Source: Somniosus microcephalus
Lineage: Eukaryota
DNA: 64,000 nt
Direction: 5' to 3'
Assembly (NCBI GenBank): GCA_052327205.1
Contig: JBMRGM010000035.1
Span: forward strand, 130,138,001 to 130,202,000
Shown: piece by piece, positions 12,383-26,558 of the stretch
Layout of the letters: each line of letters opens with the position of its first letter
How positions within the stretch are numbered: the first letter of the stretch is position 1
The notes under the pieces: generated by a model
The model's database searches: none
Told to the model about the DNA's origin: nothing
The model's input: only the letters and a program-made list of their open reading frames with translations
Program-made: the position numbers and the translations under genes

Positions 12383-13855
12383 AATCATAGAAAGTTACAG
12401 CACGGAAGGAGGACATTTGGACCCATCGTGGCCGCACCGGCCAACAAAGAGCTATCCAGCCTAACACCACTTCCCAAATCTTGGTCCGTAGCCCTGCAGG
12501 TTACAGCATCCCAAGTGCAGATCCAAGTACTTTTCAAATGTGGTTAGGGTTTCTGCCTCTACCATACTTTCAGGCAGTGAGTTCCAGGCCCCCACAGCAC
12601 TCCGGCTGAAGAAATTTCTCCTCAAATCCCCTCTAAACCTTCCAACAATTACTTTAAATTTGTGCCCCCTGGTTTTTGACCCCTCTTCTAAGGGACATAG
12701 GACCTTTCTATCTACTTTATCTAGGCCCTCATAATTTTATACACCTCAATAAGGCCTCTGCTCACACCCCTCCCCCCCCTGCTCCAAGGAAAACAATCCC
12801 AGCCTATCCAGTCTTTCCTCATAGCTAAGATTCTCTACTCCCGGCTACATCCTTGTAAATCTCCTCTGTACCCTTCCTAGTGCAATCACATCTTTCCTGT
12901 AATGTGGTGACCAGAACTGCATGCAGTACTCTAGCTGCGGCCTAACTAGTGTTTGATATAGTTGAAGCATAACCCCCCTGCTCTTTCATTCTATGCCACG
13001 GATAATAAAGACAAGCATTCAGTATGCCTTCTTAACCACCTTATCTACCTGGCCTGCTACCATCAGGGATCTGTGGTCATGCACTCTAAGGTCCCTTTGT
13101 TCCTCTACACTACTCAGTGTCCTAGCATTTAATGTTTATTCCCTTTCCTTGTTAGCACTCCCCAAATGCATTACCTCACACTTCTTCGGATTGAATTCCA
13201 TTTGCCACTGTTCTGCCCACCTCACCAATTTATTGATATCTTCCTGCAGTCTACAGCTTCCTTCTTCAGTATCAACGACACATCAGATATCAGTATTATC
13301 TGCAAACTTCTTAATCATACCCCCTATATTCAAGTCTAGATCATTGATGTATACCACAAAAAGCAAGGGACCTAGTACTGAGCCCCGTGGAGCCCCACTG
13401 GAAACAGCCTTACAGTCACAAAAACACACATCAACCATTAAACTCTGCTTCCTGCCTCCGAGCCAGTTTTGAAACCAACTTGACACTTTGCCCTGGATCC
13501 CATAGGCTTTTAACTTTGTGACCAGTCTGCCATGTGGAACCTTATCAAAAGCCTTGCTAAAGTCCATATACACTACATCAAACGCACTACCCCCATCTAC
13601 CATTCTTGTTACTTCCTCAAAAAATTCAATCAAGTTTGTCAGACACGACTTTCCCTTAAAAAATCCGTGCTGGCTATCCTTGATTAATCTAAATGAAGAT
13701 TTACCCTGTCCTTCAGAATTCTTTCCAATAATTTTCCCACCACCGAGGTTAGGCGGACTGGCCTGTAATTACTCGGTCTATCCTATTCTCCCTTTTTAAA
13801 CAAGGGTACCACATTAGCAGTCCTCCAGTCCTCCGGCACCCCACCTGAAGCCAGA
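12383..13855 (-). mobile_element. 5'-truncated CR1 LINE
   Basis: Minus-strand ORF with VYMDFSKAFDKVPH, GSVLGPLLF and KFADNT; 3' tail at the left end. Confidence 0.95.
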
Positions 13856-15785
13856 GTGAATGCTTCAATCTGGTTGGTTAATGAAATTCACAAACGTCTG
13901 CCCGATTCACACAGCTCCCAAATCCCCTGTAGAAGGAGCTGGACCAAAACGTTCTTTCTAATCATAGCAACTTCCATTGCAAGAGCCGATAGACTCTCTT
14001 GGGTAAAATGAAATGTAACTATTAGTTGGCACTGTTCGTTCGCCATTGACGGCAAAACGCGGCCTAATAAGCAATGGCATGTAATACACGGACTAAAAGA
14101 GATAAATTAAGGTAAGGTAAGCGCTCAGATATTAAGGCTGGCCTCCACCACAAACTTCACGATTACAATAATTTCCTCCCATTAGCCTTGCATGTATCAC
14201 AGGACGCATTTGTAGAGGAACAAATCATTTTTTATTAAGAAAAGCACAAAGCAATTTCATCAACTAAATGCACTCGTTTCATGTGCAGTACATAAGCTAG
14301 TACTATGCAGGCACACCGTTTTGTGACACACACTTCACATTGATCAGTGTGATATGAAACAGCAAGGGTCAGTCTTCGACCTGAATCTCAGTTCTGACAC
14401 TATCGCATTCACTGAGCAGCTGCTACGCTACAGCTTCCGTGACAGAGTGAAAGAGGGAGAGAGTTGCAAAACATTTTTAACTAAAACTCAGGCAGGGAAG
14501 ATCTGCGCATTTATTTTGTTAAATGGCAGCATTTGTCTACTCCAATCGTGGCTGGGCTCCGCTTTACTTTCCCTGAATAAAACCAGAAGACCTTGAGGCT
14601 ACCTGGTGTGAATATTACCATGTGAACATTTATGCGCAACTACGTGCTCTCAGTGGGAACCTACGGATGCAGACGGCAGGTGTTGGAGCTAAGGGCTTTG
14701 TTTTAATGTAACTCGCCAGGCGGGAAGCCCACGAAATCAGATGGAACGCACCACCTAATATTACTCGCCACTGACTTCAATGGAGAGCTATATGCGGTGG
14801 TATGTTAAACTATCATCACACCCGATCCTTGGGTTTCTTGCCTGGCGAATAAGGTTCAAATAACCCCATGTGGATTGTGTAATTAACGTTTTAATGCATT
14901 CATGTGGGAGTCCTTAGACGGCTTTTAACCTGAGGCACCTTTAAATTAGAGTAAACAGTTTAACAAAGGAAGTCCATAAAATTGCGTTTGCAACCCAGTA
15001 CACATACACAACAATTTCAAGGACTTACTATATTGCCATAGGTGCAACGGAGCATAATCGACGTCCCCCTGAGAATAAGGTTGGTCTTTTCAAGAGGACC
15101 CGGCTGAGGACTTGCAGACAATGGGCAACTTATCACAAAATGATTACACACATTTTTCAGTCTATTGACATTACTGGACGGAAAATTGTAGGCAACGCAC
15201 CCGGCCACCGGGCCTTAGAAACCTCCACGCTGTATCTATACAATGCCACAAATGTAGGTGATAAAACCAGAGGACACCAAACGGATTTGCAGTACGTTTC
15301 TCTGCCTGCGTAAAAAAAAGCGGTTAAAGACCTGTATCAAAGTAGCAGACACGGGAATTACATATGAACAGGCATAGCACTACCTGTCAATATCATCACC
15401 AGTCTAATTTAAGGTCTAGAATCTATAGCCTTACAGGACTGACATTATTCCTTGGAGACTGTGGTTAATGATATATAAATCTCAAAATTGATTGTCGATT
15501 TAAGGTATTAGGTTCTAAATGTTCAGTTCCGAAACAAATTTACCAAGGATGAGGGAATTCAGTTATGAGGACAGATTAAAAAAGTTGGGATTGTTCAACA
15601 TGGAAAAAAGAAGATTAAGGTGAGATATAATAGAAGTGTTTATAATTATGAGCGATTCTGATAGAGCAGAGAGTGGGAAACTATTTCCATTGACAAGGGG
15701 GTCCTTATCCTGAGGATACAGATTTAAGACAAGTGGTAAGGTAATTGGCGAGTTGAGAAGAATTTTGCTTCCAATGATCATTATT

Positions 15786-16542
15786 GGGCCGGGCATTCCG
15801 ATCCCTACGGGTAGGTACACGCTGTGTACCCACCTGTACGGTCATTGGAAATGCCGGTTTCAGGTATGCACTGCGCACACGCTGGAATCTGGCATTTCCG
15901 ATCAGTCAAGAAAGCTCTTGACAGATCCTCCAGCTGTCCGGGAGAAGAGCCTCTGCAGGCGGATAGTACCGCTTTTTGGAGACACTCCGTCCGCAGAAAA
16001 CACTTACAATTCTTGCGCCTGGTAAAAGTAGGCGTAAGGCCTGCTTTAACCAGGATAAGAGTTGAGAAAAGTTTTTTTTTTAAATGTCCACTGATTTCTC
16101 ATTTAAAAATACGTTAAAGAAAGGTAAGGTTGTTTTTATACGCGTTAAAAATTTAATTAATTTTTTCAAAAATTTGAAGTTTTTGTTGAAAATATTAAAT
16201 TTATGTAATTTCAAGTCATTTTAAAAATGTGATGCTTCTTTTTTAATTTATTTGAAGTTTTACTATGTTTTGGGGGTGATCTCCAATCATATATTTGACA
16301 GGTCTTCCTGTCAAATGTATGACGGGAGATTCCCTTCTCTGATTGGCTCCCCATGGCCCACGTGATCCCAGGGATGCTGCGAACTACCTGCGCCTCTGGG
16401 ATAAATGGGCCCTGCACGCCGGCAGTTTGGAGAGGCCCAGCAGCGGAACTGTGCACCTCCGGGAGCCCTCAGGTAAAGGCACTGATTTCTCCAGATCGCA
16501 GCTCTCCGCCCGCGGGAATCATGCGATCGGAATATCTGGGCC
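15786..16542. mobile_element. Harbinger-like MITE (family A) inserted in a CR1 fragment (~15560-16750)
   Basis: TIRs GGGCCGGGCATTCCGATC and GATCGGAATATCTGGGCC; ATT on both flanks; internal hairpins and an AT-rich core. Confidence 0.8.
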
Positions 16543-17099
16543 ATTATGTTTTGGAGTGCACACCGTGAAAGGGTGGTTGAAGTGGATTCAAAATTTACCT
16601 TCAGCAGGGATGTGATAGACACTTAAAAAGTAAAGAAGTTCTGGGATATCGGTAAAGATTAGGGGAGTGGAACCAATTCAATAGCTCTTCCAAAGAGCCT
16701 GCACATGCAAGATGCACCGAATGGATTTGTTCTGTGCGGTACCATTTTATGATTCTAAATAGAAAATAGAACATTGCTAATCTATGTTCACACTTCTTTT
16801 TATTAGGTGCTGCAATTTCCTTGGAAAAGTCACGGAAAAGAACTTTGCTACAGTTGTTTTCCGAGTTTCCGGTGGAAATGAGTTGGCAGCATGTCTGTAT
16901 TTTCCGGATGAGCAGTGGGGGAGGCTCCTCCCCAGCACAATATATCATTCGAAAAATTGGCCCTATTAACACAAACTACAAATCATCAGGTCCAACCAAA
17001 GTATATGAGAAAGAAAGAAATAGACTGCGACGAAGGCAAAGGAATAGATAGTAAGGAAAGTATCATCCAGCGGTGCAAGGATGGTACTTCAGGTCTGAG

Positions 17100-17465
17100 A
17101 ACCCTTGGACCAATGGTTAATTTTCTCCAATTCTAGCACGGGTGCATGAGGCCAGTAAAAATCCCTTTTATTTTTGATCTTGTCACTTGGGTCAAGAATG
17201 TGACACCCATGTTTGTATTACCAAATCCAACTTCTTATACTGATGGGCAGATTGGCATACCAACAAAAACACAAGGGGCTAGCATTCAGATGACAGTTCT
17301 TGCTGACCGTCAAAGCATTGAAAGCGCCAAATGTAAAAGTGTCTTTTGCAAACTGCCGCTGTCTCCTGGCTGAGATCAGCTGCTTCAATCCCAACTGAAG
17401 GAATAAGCTTAGTGTGGCTCAGTAACACACTGTACAGTGCACCTGTTCACTGAATTAACGTCGGA
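17100..17465 (-). mobile_element. Old SINE, LF-SINE-like
   Basis: Reverse complement contains GCAGCTGATCTCAGCCAGGAGACAGCGGCAG after a tRNA-like head. Confidence 0.4.
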
Positions 17466-17469
17466 GGCA

Positions 17470-17971
17470 TTAGTTCATGGTGACTGTTTGATTTTTTGGA
17501 TTCAGAAATACAAAACTGAAGATAGGATAAATCCTGTCATGGAATTTCCGATCAGTCGAGTGGACTATGGAATCACCAGCGGATTTTCGTCAACCATTAC
17601 GTAAATCCTTATTTTTGGCAGTTCAACAAGTTTGACGGCGTTGCCAAAGGTCCTCGCCAAATATTTTTCTTTCTCCACATTCCACAGCAACACAGTGTAT
17701 AATCCACTGCTAGATAATTAACATAGCCATGTCTTCCATTTGTATGACTCTGCAGATACACCCACCAACCAGACAGATCCGCTCTCCAATTGCACCTCCC
17801 AATAATAACTTCCGGAGGTAAGCCCTTCAGCTTCCTTTACATGCCACGTGCTGAGGTGCATCTCCTGAGCATCCATGGGCTTCTGTGGCGCATTGTCCCA
17901 CGTGGTGCTGATCTGGTCTGCATTCACGGCGAATCGTGGCTCCGAGATGTACTCGTTGAATTTGACAGCAA
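17470..17971 (-). pseudogene. Terminal B30.2/PRY-SPRY exon of copy A
   Basis: Acceptor TTTTTCTAG, phase 1. Reads AVKFNEYISEPRFAV...GLTSGSYYWEVQLESGSVWLVGVSAES (compare GFTSGRHYWEV). TAA at 17718-17720, then GLYTVLLWN...PKIRIYV, a frameshift, and KFHDRIYPIF...TMN*. Confidence 0.88.
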
Positions 17972-19454
17972 CTAGAAAAATGGAAAGTAACAATAAATAT
18001 TGGCTGGTACCAACATTTTACAATCTCTTCCCATCTCTATGTCTATTTCCCTCTCCACACCACTGTCTCTCTCCCATCTCTGGCACTCCATCTATCTCTA
18101 ACTCTGCCTTTTTGTCCTGATTTCTATCTGTTCTAGCTCTCTGCCGGGAATGTTAACTTTGGGTAATCATGTAAAATGTGCGATATAATATTGAACGTCC
18201 CTTATACATCCCTCCCGATTATACCTTCTATCGAGCGTGGTGTTTTATGTGCAGCAAATTGGATATCGCCCAATTTGCACCATAGCCCAACGTAAAAATA
18301 ACTCCCTCTGGATGTCTCTCTATTTCCGTATCACTCTCTTGCTTTCTCTCTGCACGTGTTGTCCTCTTTCCATTTCTCCCTCTCCAGCGTTCTCCTTTTC
18401 TCTCTGACATTCTTTTTTCCATTTGTGCTCTGTCAATTCCGAAACTCGAAATATTAATAAGGGGGTGAAATTGGGCATGGGTAGCGATGGAAAATGGGCG
18501 GCTTTGTTTCGATCGCCTGATATACGCAGGGTCGATATTCAGTTCAATTCAATCAATAGAGCTGATTAGACCTGAATATCGATTATGTTGTATAACGGTC
18601 AGCAAATATGATTCCGCCTGTTTTACTTTACTGCCCATGTCCAATTTCACACCTTCTATATCCTAAGGTGATTTGACTTTGTTGATTTCTGTCTGGAGAA
18701 GTGAGTTCTGTGCAATGTGCTTGTCCCTTATTTTAAGGTTAGGTGCTGGTCAAGCTATTTCCTGCTCTGCATTTTGGTGCCAGAGCGATCAATTCTCATG
18801 GTTATCGCCAGACGTTAAATGGGTGGGTACGGATGGGCATCCCATTTTACACTGCACTTATTTTTCGTTTCTGTTTACTTCACTGGAACTAAAAATAGGG
18901 AGACGCTCAAAACCGGCTGTCGACTCGATATCGCTCGTTTTACGCTATCATACAAAGGCACGACCTACCGCACTGTTAATCTACCACCATCTGAATCGCT
19001 GCAATGCAGGGGTCAATTTTCACTCTGACTGATGAATTTCTACAAATTTGCTTCAGTGGCAACGGAAATCTAGCAGAATGTAGAACAGGCCGACCATCAT
19101 TTTTCCAGTACCATCTTTGTCTAGTCCACGGTGAAAGTGAAAATCCACCCCATACAAACACCCACCAGTATGCTTACATATTGGAAGCGGTTGTTCGAGA
19201 GTATACTGAAGGTGCCCACTTTTATGTTTTGGATGCTAAGGTATGAATATGGCCTGATATAATATGTAATGTGTATGATCTACTTTCATAGACAGTTCCT
19301 ACTGCATACTAAGCTTAATTCTGATCCTATATATGCCACAAGTTCATTGTGTAAAATGTTTCCCAATCAGAATCATAGTGAAGTCTTAATATGAGCTCAT
19401 TACCAAATCAAAACATTCAACATATGACGAATGGAACAGTCTATTCTCGTTTAC

Positions 19455-19472
19455 TTGAATTACTCTTCGGCT
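19455..19472 (-). CDS. Possible 18-nt microexon of copy A (KPKSNS)
   Basis: TTTAG|...|GTAAAC, phase 1-1, but a weak polypyrimidine tract. Confidence 0.3.
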
Positions 19473-19755
19473 CTAAATTAATTTGAATTAACCAATAATT
19501 TGAATTCCGAGAAACTGTCTGTATTCCCACTGGAAAGTTTGTCACTATATCACTGGAACTGGCACTTGAATTTGTGAGTTATTGTAAAATGGGCGATATT
19601 GGATCAGCTGCGCATTGCGGGAGATGCCACCAGTTGGCGGAACAGCGCCGGTCGCCGTTCATTCTACATTTCGTGATGGTAACGAGTGGCACAAACCACC
19701 ATAATTTCTACGTCTAAGATTCCTACTACCACCCATTACATGTCAAAACTCTTAC

Positions 19756-19782
19756 TTGTGGTATTCATTACTTTTCTCAGCC
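19756..19782 (-). CDS. Copy A 27-nt microexon (GLRKVMNTT)
   Basis: TTTATTCCAG|...|GTAAGA, phase 1-1. Confidence 0.75.
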
Positions 19783-19881
19783 CTGGAATAAACAAATAAT
19801 TAACAGAGTGGGGCAATTTTAACTTTTAGATGGCGTAAAGGGGCCTATTGCACAGCTCTCCCGATTTTTTTCAGTGGATTG

Positions 19882-20338
19882 CATAGCAGAGTACTTGGAA
19901 AACAGTGACAGGATTGGACAAAGTCAACATGGATTTACAAAAGGTAAATTATGCTTGACTAATCTGTTGGAATTTTTTGAGGATGTAACTGGTAGAATAG
20001 ATAAGGGAGAACCAGTGGATGTGGCGTATTTGGACTTTCAGAAGGCTTTCAATAAGGTCCCGCAATAGAGATTAGCATGCAAAGTTAAAGCACATGGGAT
20101 TGGAGGCAAGGTACAGACTTGGATAGAGAACTGGTTGGCGGACAAGAAGCAAAGAGTTGGAATAAGCAGGTCTTTTTCTGAGTGGCAGGCAGTGACTAGT
20201 GGGGTACCGCAGGGATCGGTGCTAGGACCCCAGCTATTCACAATATATATTGATGATCTACACGAGGGAACTAGATGTAATATCTCCAAGCTTGCAGATG
20301 ACACAAAGCTGGGTGGGCATGTGTGCTGTGAGGAGGAT
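19882..20338 (+). mobile_element. CR1 RT fragment fused to a truncated MITE
   Basis: Close match to ~3545-3998 (QHGFTKG...[10 protein letters not shown]...KLADDTKL). Confidence 0.9.
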
Positions 20339-21218
20339 GGCCTCTGTGGGTGGAGAGTTCCGCTTTCTGCAGAACCTTCGCCCGCTGAAATCACTTAACA
20401 ATCTTACGCCTGATCAAAGCAGGTGTAAGGCCTTCTTTTACCAGCATAAGAGGCTAAAAAGATTTTTTTAAATGTCACTCATTTAAAATTTAAAATTACT
20501 TTAAAAAAATAAGGTTATTTTTAGCCCCGTAAAAACTTTAATTTTTTTTTCAAAAAATTTAATTTTTGTTTAAAATATTTAACTTAATGTAATTGTAACT
20601 CATTTTAAAATGTGATGGTTTTTTCTAAGTTATTTAATGTTTTGATGTGTTTTTGGGCTGATCTCCATTTATACCTTTGACAGTTCTATCTGTCAAAAGT
20701 ATGAAGGAAAATTCCGTTCTCCTATTGGCTCGCCTGGCCCACGTGATCCCCAGGATGTTTGTGAACTGCATGCGCCCCTGGGATACGTGGGCCCTGCGCA
20801 TTTCAACTGTGGAGAGCCCCAGGATTGGAAGTGTCCGGACCTCGGGAGCCCTCAAGTAAGAGCGTAGATTTTTTTCTGATAGAAGGCATCCGCACGCAGG
20901 AAGCTTCCTATCGGAAATTACAATCCTGTATTTTTAAATTTGATCCCCATTCGTACTTTTGACAGATCTGTGCGTGGAGACGTGCCAAAAGTGTGAAGTG
21001 GGTTTCCCTTCTTTGATTGGTTCCCCATGGCCTTCATGATCCCAGGGCACTTGCGAACCTCATGTGCCCCTGGGATACCTGGGCCTCTGCGCATTTCGTA
21101 GAGCAGAGGCCCAGGATCGCAAGTCTCGGGGCCTATGGAGCCAGCAGGTAAGTGCGTAGATTTTTTTCCGATCGGAAGCATCCGCACGCAGGAAGCCTCC
21201 GATCCGAAATTCAGGGCC
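20339..21218. mobile_element. Two tandem partial family-A MITEs
   Basis: 3' halves similar to ~15950-16542; ends GATCCGAAATTCAGGGCC. Confidence 0.75.
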
Positions 21219-21243
21219 TACATATTTGGCTGTTTGGATTTAC

Positions 21244-21279
21244 CTGCAGCTTTCAGAATTTCATTCAAGTTTTCGATTT
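21244..21279 (-). CDS. Copy A 36-nt microexon (EIENLNEILKAA)
   Basis: GCTTTTCAG|...GCAG|GTAAAT, phase 1-1. Confidence 0.8.
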
Positions 21280-22657
21280 CTGAAAAGCGAACTAAAATTA
21301 ATGCCGGATATGATATTGATTCCAAACCTTTGATGACAATATTCTTATTCTACAGATTAGGACACGGATAGACGATAGAACTGCATGTGAATTGGCAAAT
21401 GGAGGTTCAAGATAGAAGAAAAGCAGACGACGACAATGAAAAGGTGAATCAGAGCAATTTACTGTCCAGCGAAAGCCTGTGCTGGCCCAAATTCAACTTG
21501 AAATACTTGCAGGATCTATCAATCACAATTTGAGACTGGTACATATTAGTGCAACGTTCCAGACTTAACCGGATGACAAATTTGTTAGTGTGCATTTGGC
21601 GAACATGTAGGTGTTTTTGAAGCTTGTCTAATTATTATTGGGACGTCGATGGTCGAGGTTAGTTTAATTTTGTATTTGTGTAAGAGGAACAATTGCAACT
21701 GAATAACATTTCATCGCCTTTGTTTCCAGAGCAAACACAATTAATGAATGGGTACTCGCTATGCAAGCTCAGAGCGAATGGGGCAGCAGTGGTATTACGT
21801 ATCCTAACTACTTTATTTCACAATGCATTTCCAATCTCACTAGGAATGACGAACAGAAAATCCCCAGGTCCACCATAATAGTTGCCAAATCGGTAAGCAC
21901 TGCGTTATGGAACCAAGAAAACAAGGATTGCGCCAGTAGAATTCAAAGCATTATTGCAGATAACCTGCCAAGGCTGCAGCTTGAGCGAGGGTCAACACTA
22001 TAGAGATAAACTAAAATGCCTTTATATGCCACTAAAACTAAAAAAAAACATATCACTTCACAATGTGTTAAAATAGATTTACACAGTAACATTATGAGTG
22101 CTACCTGCGTTGAGACACAGATTACTATCCCAATCATATTCTGCAGTTCCAGAGATTGGTAATTATTAACCTCGTCGCGTAAAACTTTGAACATTGGACA
22201 TTTTTATTTAAGTTTCAGTGCTCATTTATTGCTTCGATTGACATTCAAGCGATAACGGTATTACATCATGTCTGTTTTAGGCTTTTCAACACATGGAGAC
22301 ATATATGCAATCAAATCCGCATTGGACGCGTGAAATGAGTGCAAGTGCATCGGCTGCCATTTTGGATCTGACCATCGGGCAGGGCATATAACGGGCGTGC
22401 GCTGCGATACGGCCCATTTGGCGCTACTGCCAAAGAAGTATGACCATTGTAATATTTTGTTAAATACAAATGTTTAAAATATTAATGAGAGTAATCGCTT
22501 TTATATATTCCTTTGCAGAGTATTGTAGTAACAATGTAGCTGAAAATAATGCAAGGTTAGATTATAAATTACGAGGACTAATTTTGCATATTGATATTGA
22601 CCAATATTTAGGGATATTGCAATTGTAAAAATACAACTTTGTTTTTCTAACATTTAC

Positions 22658-22684
22658 CTTTCTCTTGGTCTCTGAGTTTTTTCT
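22658..22684 (-). CDS. Copy A 27-nt microexon (EKKLRDQEK)
   Basis: CCTGTATTAG|...GAAAG|GTAAAT, phase 1-1. Confidence 0.8.
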
Positions 22685-22883
22685 CTAATACAGGATAAGT
22701 GTTAATGACTTTTAGTAAACAGCAAATGTATTTGTTTCCTAACATGCATGAAACGAATCGAAGTAAACTCATCATAGGGTAAATCATGCTGTATGATGTG
22801 CAGTAGGGCTAATTAGCCATACTATCATATATTTTTAAACACAACTTTATGAATGAATAGAAACGCGATGGGGCAGATATTAT

Positions 22884-23618
22884 GGCCCAGAAATTCCGTT
22901 GGCAGCCCTCCCGCGGGCAGAGGGCTGCGATTTGGAAAAATCTCCGCCTGGACCGGAAGGACTCCCGGGAGGCAGAGAATTCCGTTGCTGTGCCTCTTCA
23001 AACTGCTGGTGTGCAGGGCACGCGTATCCTAGGGGCGCATGTAGTTCGCAGCATCCCTGGAATCACGTGGGCCATGGGAGCCAATCAGAGCAGGGAATCT
23101 CCATTCACAGATTTGACAGGAAGACCTGTCAAATCTATGAATAAAGATCAGCCCCAAAACATAAGTAAAACTTCAAATATTTTTTTTTAAATCACATTTT
23201 TAAAATGACTATACATTACATAAATTAACTATTTTAAACAAAAATTTAAATTTTTCAAAAAATAATTCACATTTTTAACGGGGCTAAAGATGAAGTTACC
23301 TTTCTTTAAAGTATTTTAAAATGATAAATCAGTGGGAAAATATTTTTATTTACTTTCTTCAACTCATAGCCTGGTAAAAGCAAGCCTTGCACCTGCTATT
23401 CTATGTGCAGCTGCTTCCGACTTACCTGGACAGAAGCAACTGTGAAAACAACGGAAGTTTCAGCTGTACGTGCTGCCGATTTGGCGCAGGCGTTTGACCT
23501 GATCGGAAGTTCCAGTTTCCAGCACATGCGCAGTGCATGCCTAATATCTGCATTTCTGTTGGCCCTACGGTTGAGTACACAGCGTGTACACACCCGTAGG
23601 GGACGGAATTTCTGGGCC
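22884..23618. mobile_element. Family-A MITE variant
   Basis: TIRs GGCCCAGAAATTCCGT and ACGGAATTTCTGGGCC. Confidence 0.8.
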
Positions 23619-24507
23619 ATTGTTCTGGGCGTAGCACGCGAACGATTCGAGAGGGCTCAGGATCGATGGAAATTAGTTCACCGCCCTCATTAGCGTTCGG
23701 GGCGAGCTGCTGGGACAGGTCCCGCCTCTACGGGCAGCTCGCCTCAGCAAACGCATCAATGTCAGACTGCCTGCATTAGCAGCAGAAGCCCTCGGGAATG
23801 TCCCGAAATGGGGGAATAGAGCCGGCTGTTGTGGGTGGACGGAGCGGGTTGGGGCGGGGAGGCGGGTGTCCCGCGCCTTACCGGATACAGGATTTTTTAC
23901 ACTTACCTATTGTTGGAGGCCTGGCTGCTGAGCAATCATTTGCTCCATATTTGCATCGCTCGAACTCAACTAATTTCTCAATAGGCTTCATTCTTTCTTT
24001 CTTCATTCCTATGTTTATTTTTTTTTCCCTCATTTTTCTTTTGCTTTCTTTCTAACTTTACTTCTTTCCTTCTCCCTTCATTTTTTAATTCTGTCTGTTT
24101 CTCTATGTATCTATGTATGTTGCAATCTATCTATCTATTTATCTCTCTGTCTATATCCATCACGATTTAAAAAATAATAATTTCTTTTTCTTTTCCCCCC
24201 TCATATTATTAACTTGATCCCTCCTCAAGAGGAAGAGCGGAGAATTGCAAGTTGATTAAGCTATAGAACTTCCCCTCGGTAACAGTGATTAGCTTTGCAT
24301 TGATGTTGTTATATTTTTGTCTCTCTGCAGAAAGCAAATACGCAGCAATGAACAGATCGTATTAGACATTGCTTCATATTCACACTAAACATTAAAACCA
24401 TGCTTCTGAGCTCCGACTACCCGTAAAGAATTGAATAAGAAATCGCCCATTTTTAAACTAAATGCTTCCATGAACATCTAAGTATTAAAGAAAGAAATGT
24501 ATCTCAC

Positions 24508-24543
24508 CTGCTTGTTCTAAAAAGTGGCTCAGTTTTTGAATCA
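24508..24543 (-). CDS. Copy A 36-nt microexon (VIQKLSHFLEQA)
   Basis: TTTGCTTTATTAG|...GCAG|GTGAGA, phase 1-1. Confidence 0.8.
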
Positions 24544-26029
24544 CTAATAAAGCAAAATTAAATCATTTCGGCTTTTATATTAAACTATATAGGCTACCAG
24601 CTTAGAATTTGAAGCTGTTTTTCTTTTCAGTCGAGATATTACAGCAACATTGCCAGTAACTGTAGAAATATTTTACTAACTATTTTTCTGAATAGTATAA
24701 CTGAATAAAAATGCATGTTTTTAAAACTTCAGCTAGCCAATATGATTCAAACTTTATTCTGCTTTGTCTGCCAGTATATGCAACGTACTTTAAATTTAGT
24801 TCCAGTAAATATTCATGTTAACCAACGCATGTTGTTCTTTGTAAATAACAAGCATGTGTGTAGCACGATCAGGAATAAAAAATCAACATTTTCAACTACA
24901 AAAATTTGAGAGACTGGGGATTAAAGAAACTAAATTATGACGCCCGTACTAATTATAGATACTAGACAGGCAGTTTGTAAAGTGGACTGTTGGATCACTT
25001 ATGTACTGCCAAATAAAACAAATGTCTCCCCAATAAGCATGCTAAAAAAGGTAAGGAATAAATAATAGAATTATGACAAAGGCAATGGCACATGGAATTA
25101 AAATACATTAAAATTAAAAGGCCAGCCTTTATATTATTCAATGGTGGAGCAAGCTCGAAGGGCTGAATGGCCTACTCCTTATCCTATTTCTTATTTCATA
25201 TGTTCTTATGAAGGCGGTCACCTGCAAACATAGATTGGTAGGTGGCAAAAAGCAAAGAGTAAAGGTTAATAGGGAAGTTAACTGTACTGGAAAAATGTTG
25301 CCATTGTTATTCCACAGTGGTCTGGGGCATGTATGATCCTTCTATATACTTAATTATTGTACACCGAACAATTGAGGGAACAATATAAAAATTGCTTTTG
25401 GCATCAGTTTGAATAATATACAAACTGTGACAAGGGTTGTGAAACGTTGCAAGAATACATAGAAGGATGAATAGATGGGTACCACTTTCAATTCCATGAA
25501 GAAGAATGCGAAGTAATGTGGCAAGTTAAGTAGATTAAGCCATAAAATGCCACATGCAATCTAAGGGTGTTGCATAACAAAAACAAGAAGATAATGTTGA
25601 ACTTGTGCAACATCTTAGTAAGGTCAAAGTGGGACTAGATGTCCGCGATTTCTACTTCAGTAAGCCTGGTGCAGTCTCAGCTTGCACTTGGGGAAGTTCT
25701 ATAGCCCAGCTGCCATTTTTGGAGAATAAGTGTGAACAGGCTGCTGTTGTTGGTGCCATTTGCCGGTGAAAGCTGTATTAAAGTCATATATCCAAAGTCA
25801 TTATGTGCAGATCGACATTCCATAGCATAGGAAGTTTATCAAAGTAATGGAAAGTTGCAAAAGATTCATCAGGATGTTACCATCTATTTCGAATTAGGTA
25901 AGAAGAGAAACTACAGCTGAAAAGATTATGGATAGAAATGATCAAGTACAGTCGTTCAAGATTCCAAAGCATTGCGTTGTGTAAAGTATAGACAGTTTCT
26001 ATTCATGTAGCAGATTGTTTCCACTGATG

Positions 26030-26558
26030 CCCTTGTTACCTCTTGACTTGAGTATTCCAATACTCTCGTGGCCAGCCTCCCATCTTCCCTACATAAACAT
26101 GAGCTCATCCAAAACTCTGCTGCCTGTATCCTAACACGCACCAAGTCGCATTCACCTATCACACCTGACCTACATTGGGTCCCCATTGACAATGCCTCGA
26201 TTTTAAAATTCTGATCCCTTTTTTCAAATTCCTCCAAGGTCCCGGCCCTCCTATCTCTGTAATCTCCTCCAGCCCTACAAACCTCCGAGAAGTCTGAGTA
26301 TCTCTAATCCTGGTGGATTTTATTCGCTGCACCATTGGTGGCCGTGCATAACGCTCTGTGAATTCCCTTCCTATACCTCTCCATCTCCTCCTTAAGATGC
26401 TCCATAAACCCTACCTCATTGAACAGCTTCTGGTCATCTGCCCTAATATCTCCTCATGTGGTTCAATGTCAAATTCTGTGTATTATCGCTCCTGTGAAGC
26501 GCCTTGGGCAGTTTACTACGTTAAAGGCGCTATATAAATGCACGTTGTTGTTTTTGAT
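26030..26558 (+). mobile_element. L2 LINE 3' fragment, left arm only
   Basis: ELIQNSAACILT-type sequence and tail GGCGCTATATAAATGCACGTTGTTG. The empty site is at ~62690 in the right arm. Confidence 0.85.

Noticed and set aside
15017-15310. Non-repetitive segment with a minus-strand donor and acceptor
   Set aside because: No frame stays open across it and no motif was recognised.
19178-19205. Minus-strand AG/GT-bounded candidate microexon
   Set aside because: At 28 nt it would break the phase-1 frame needed to reach the B30.2 exon.
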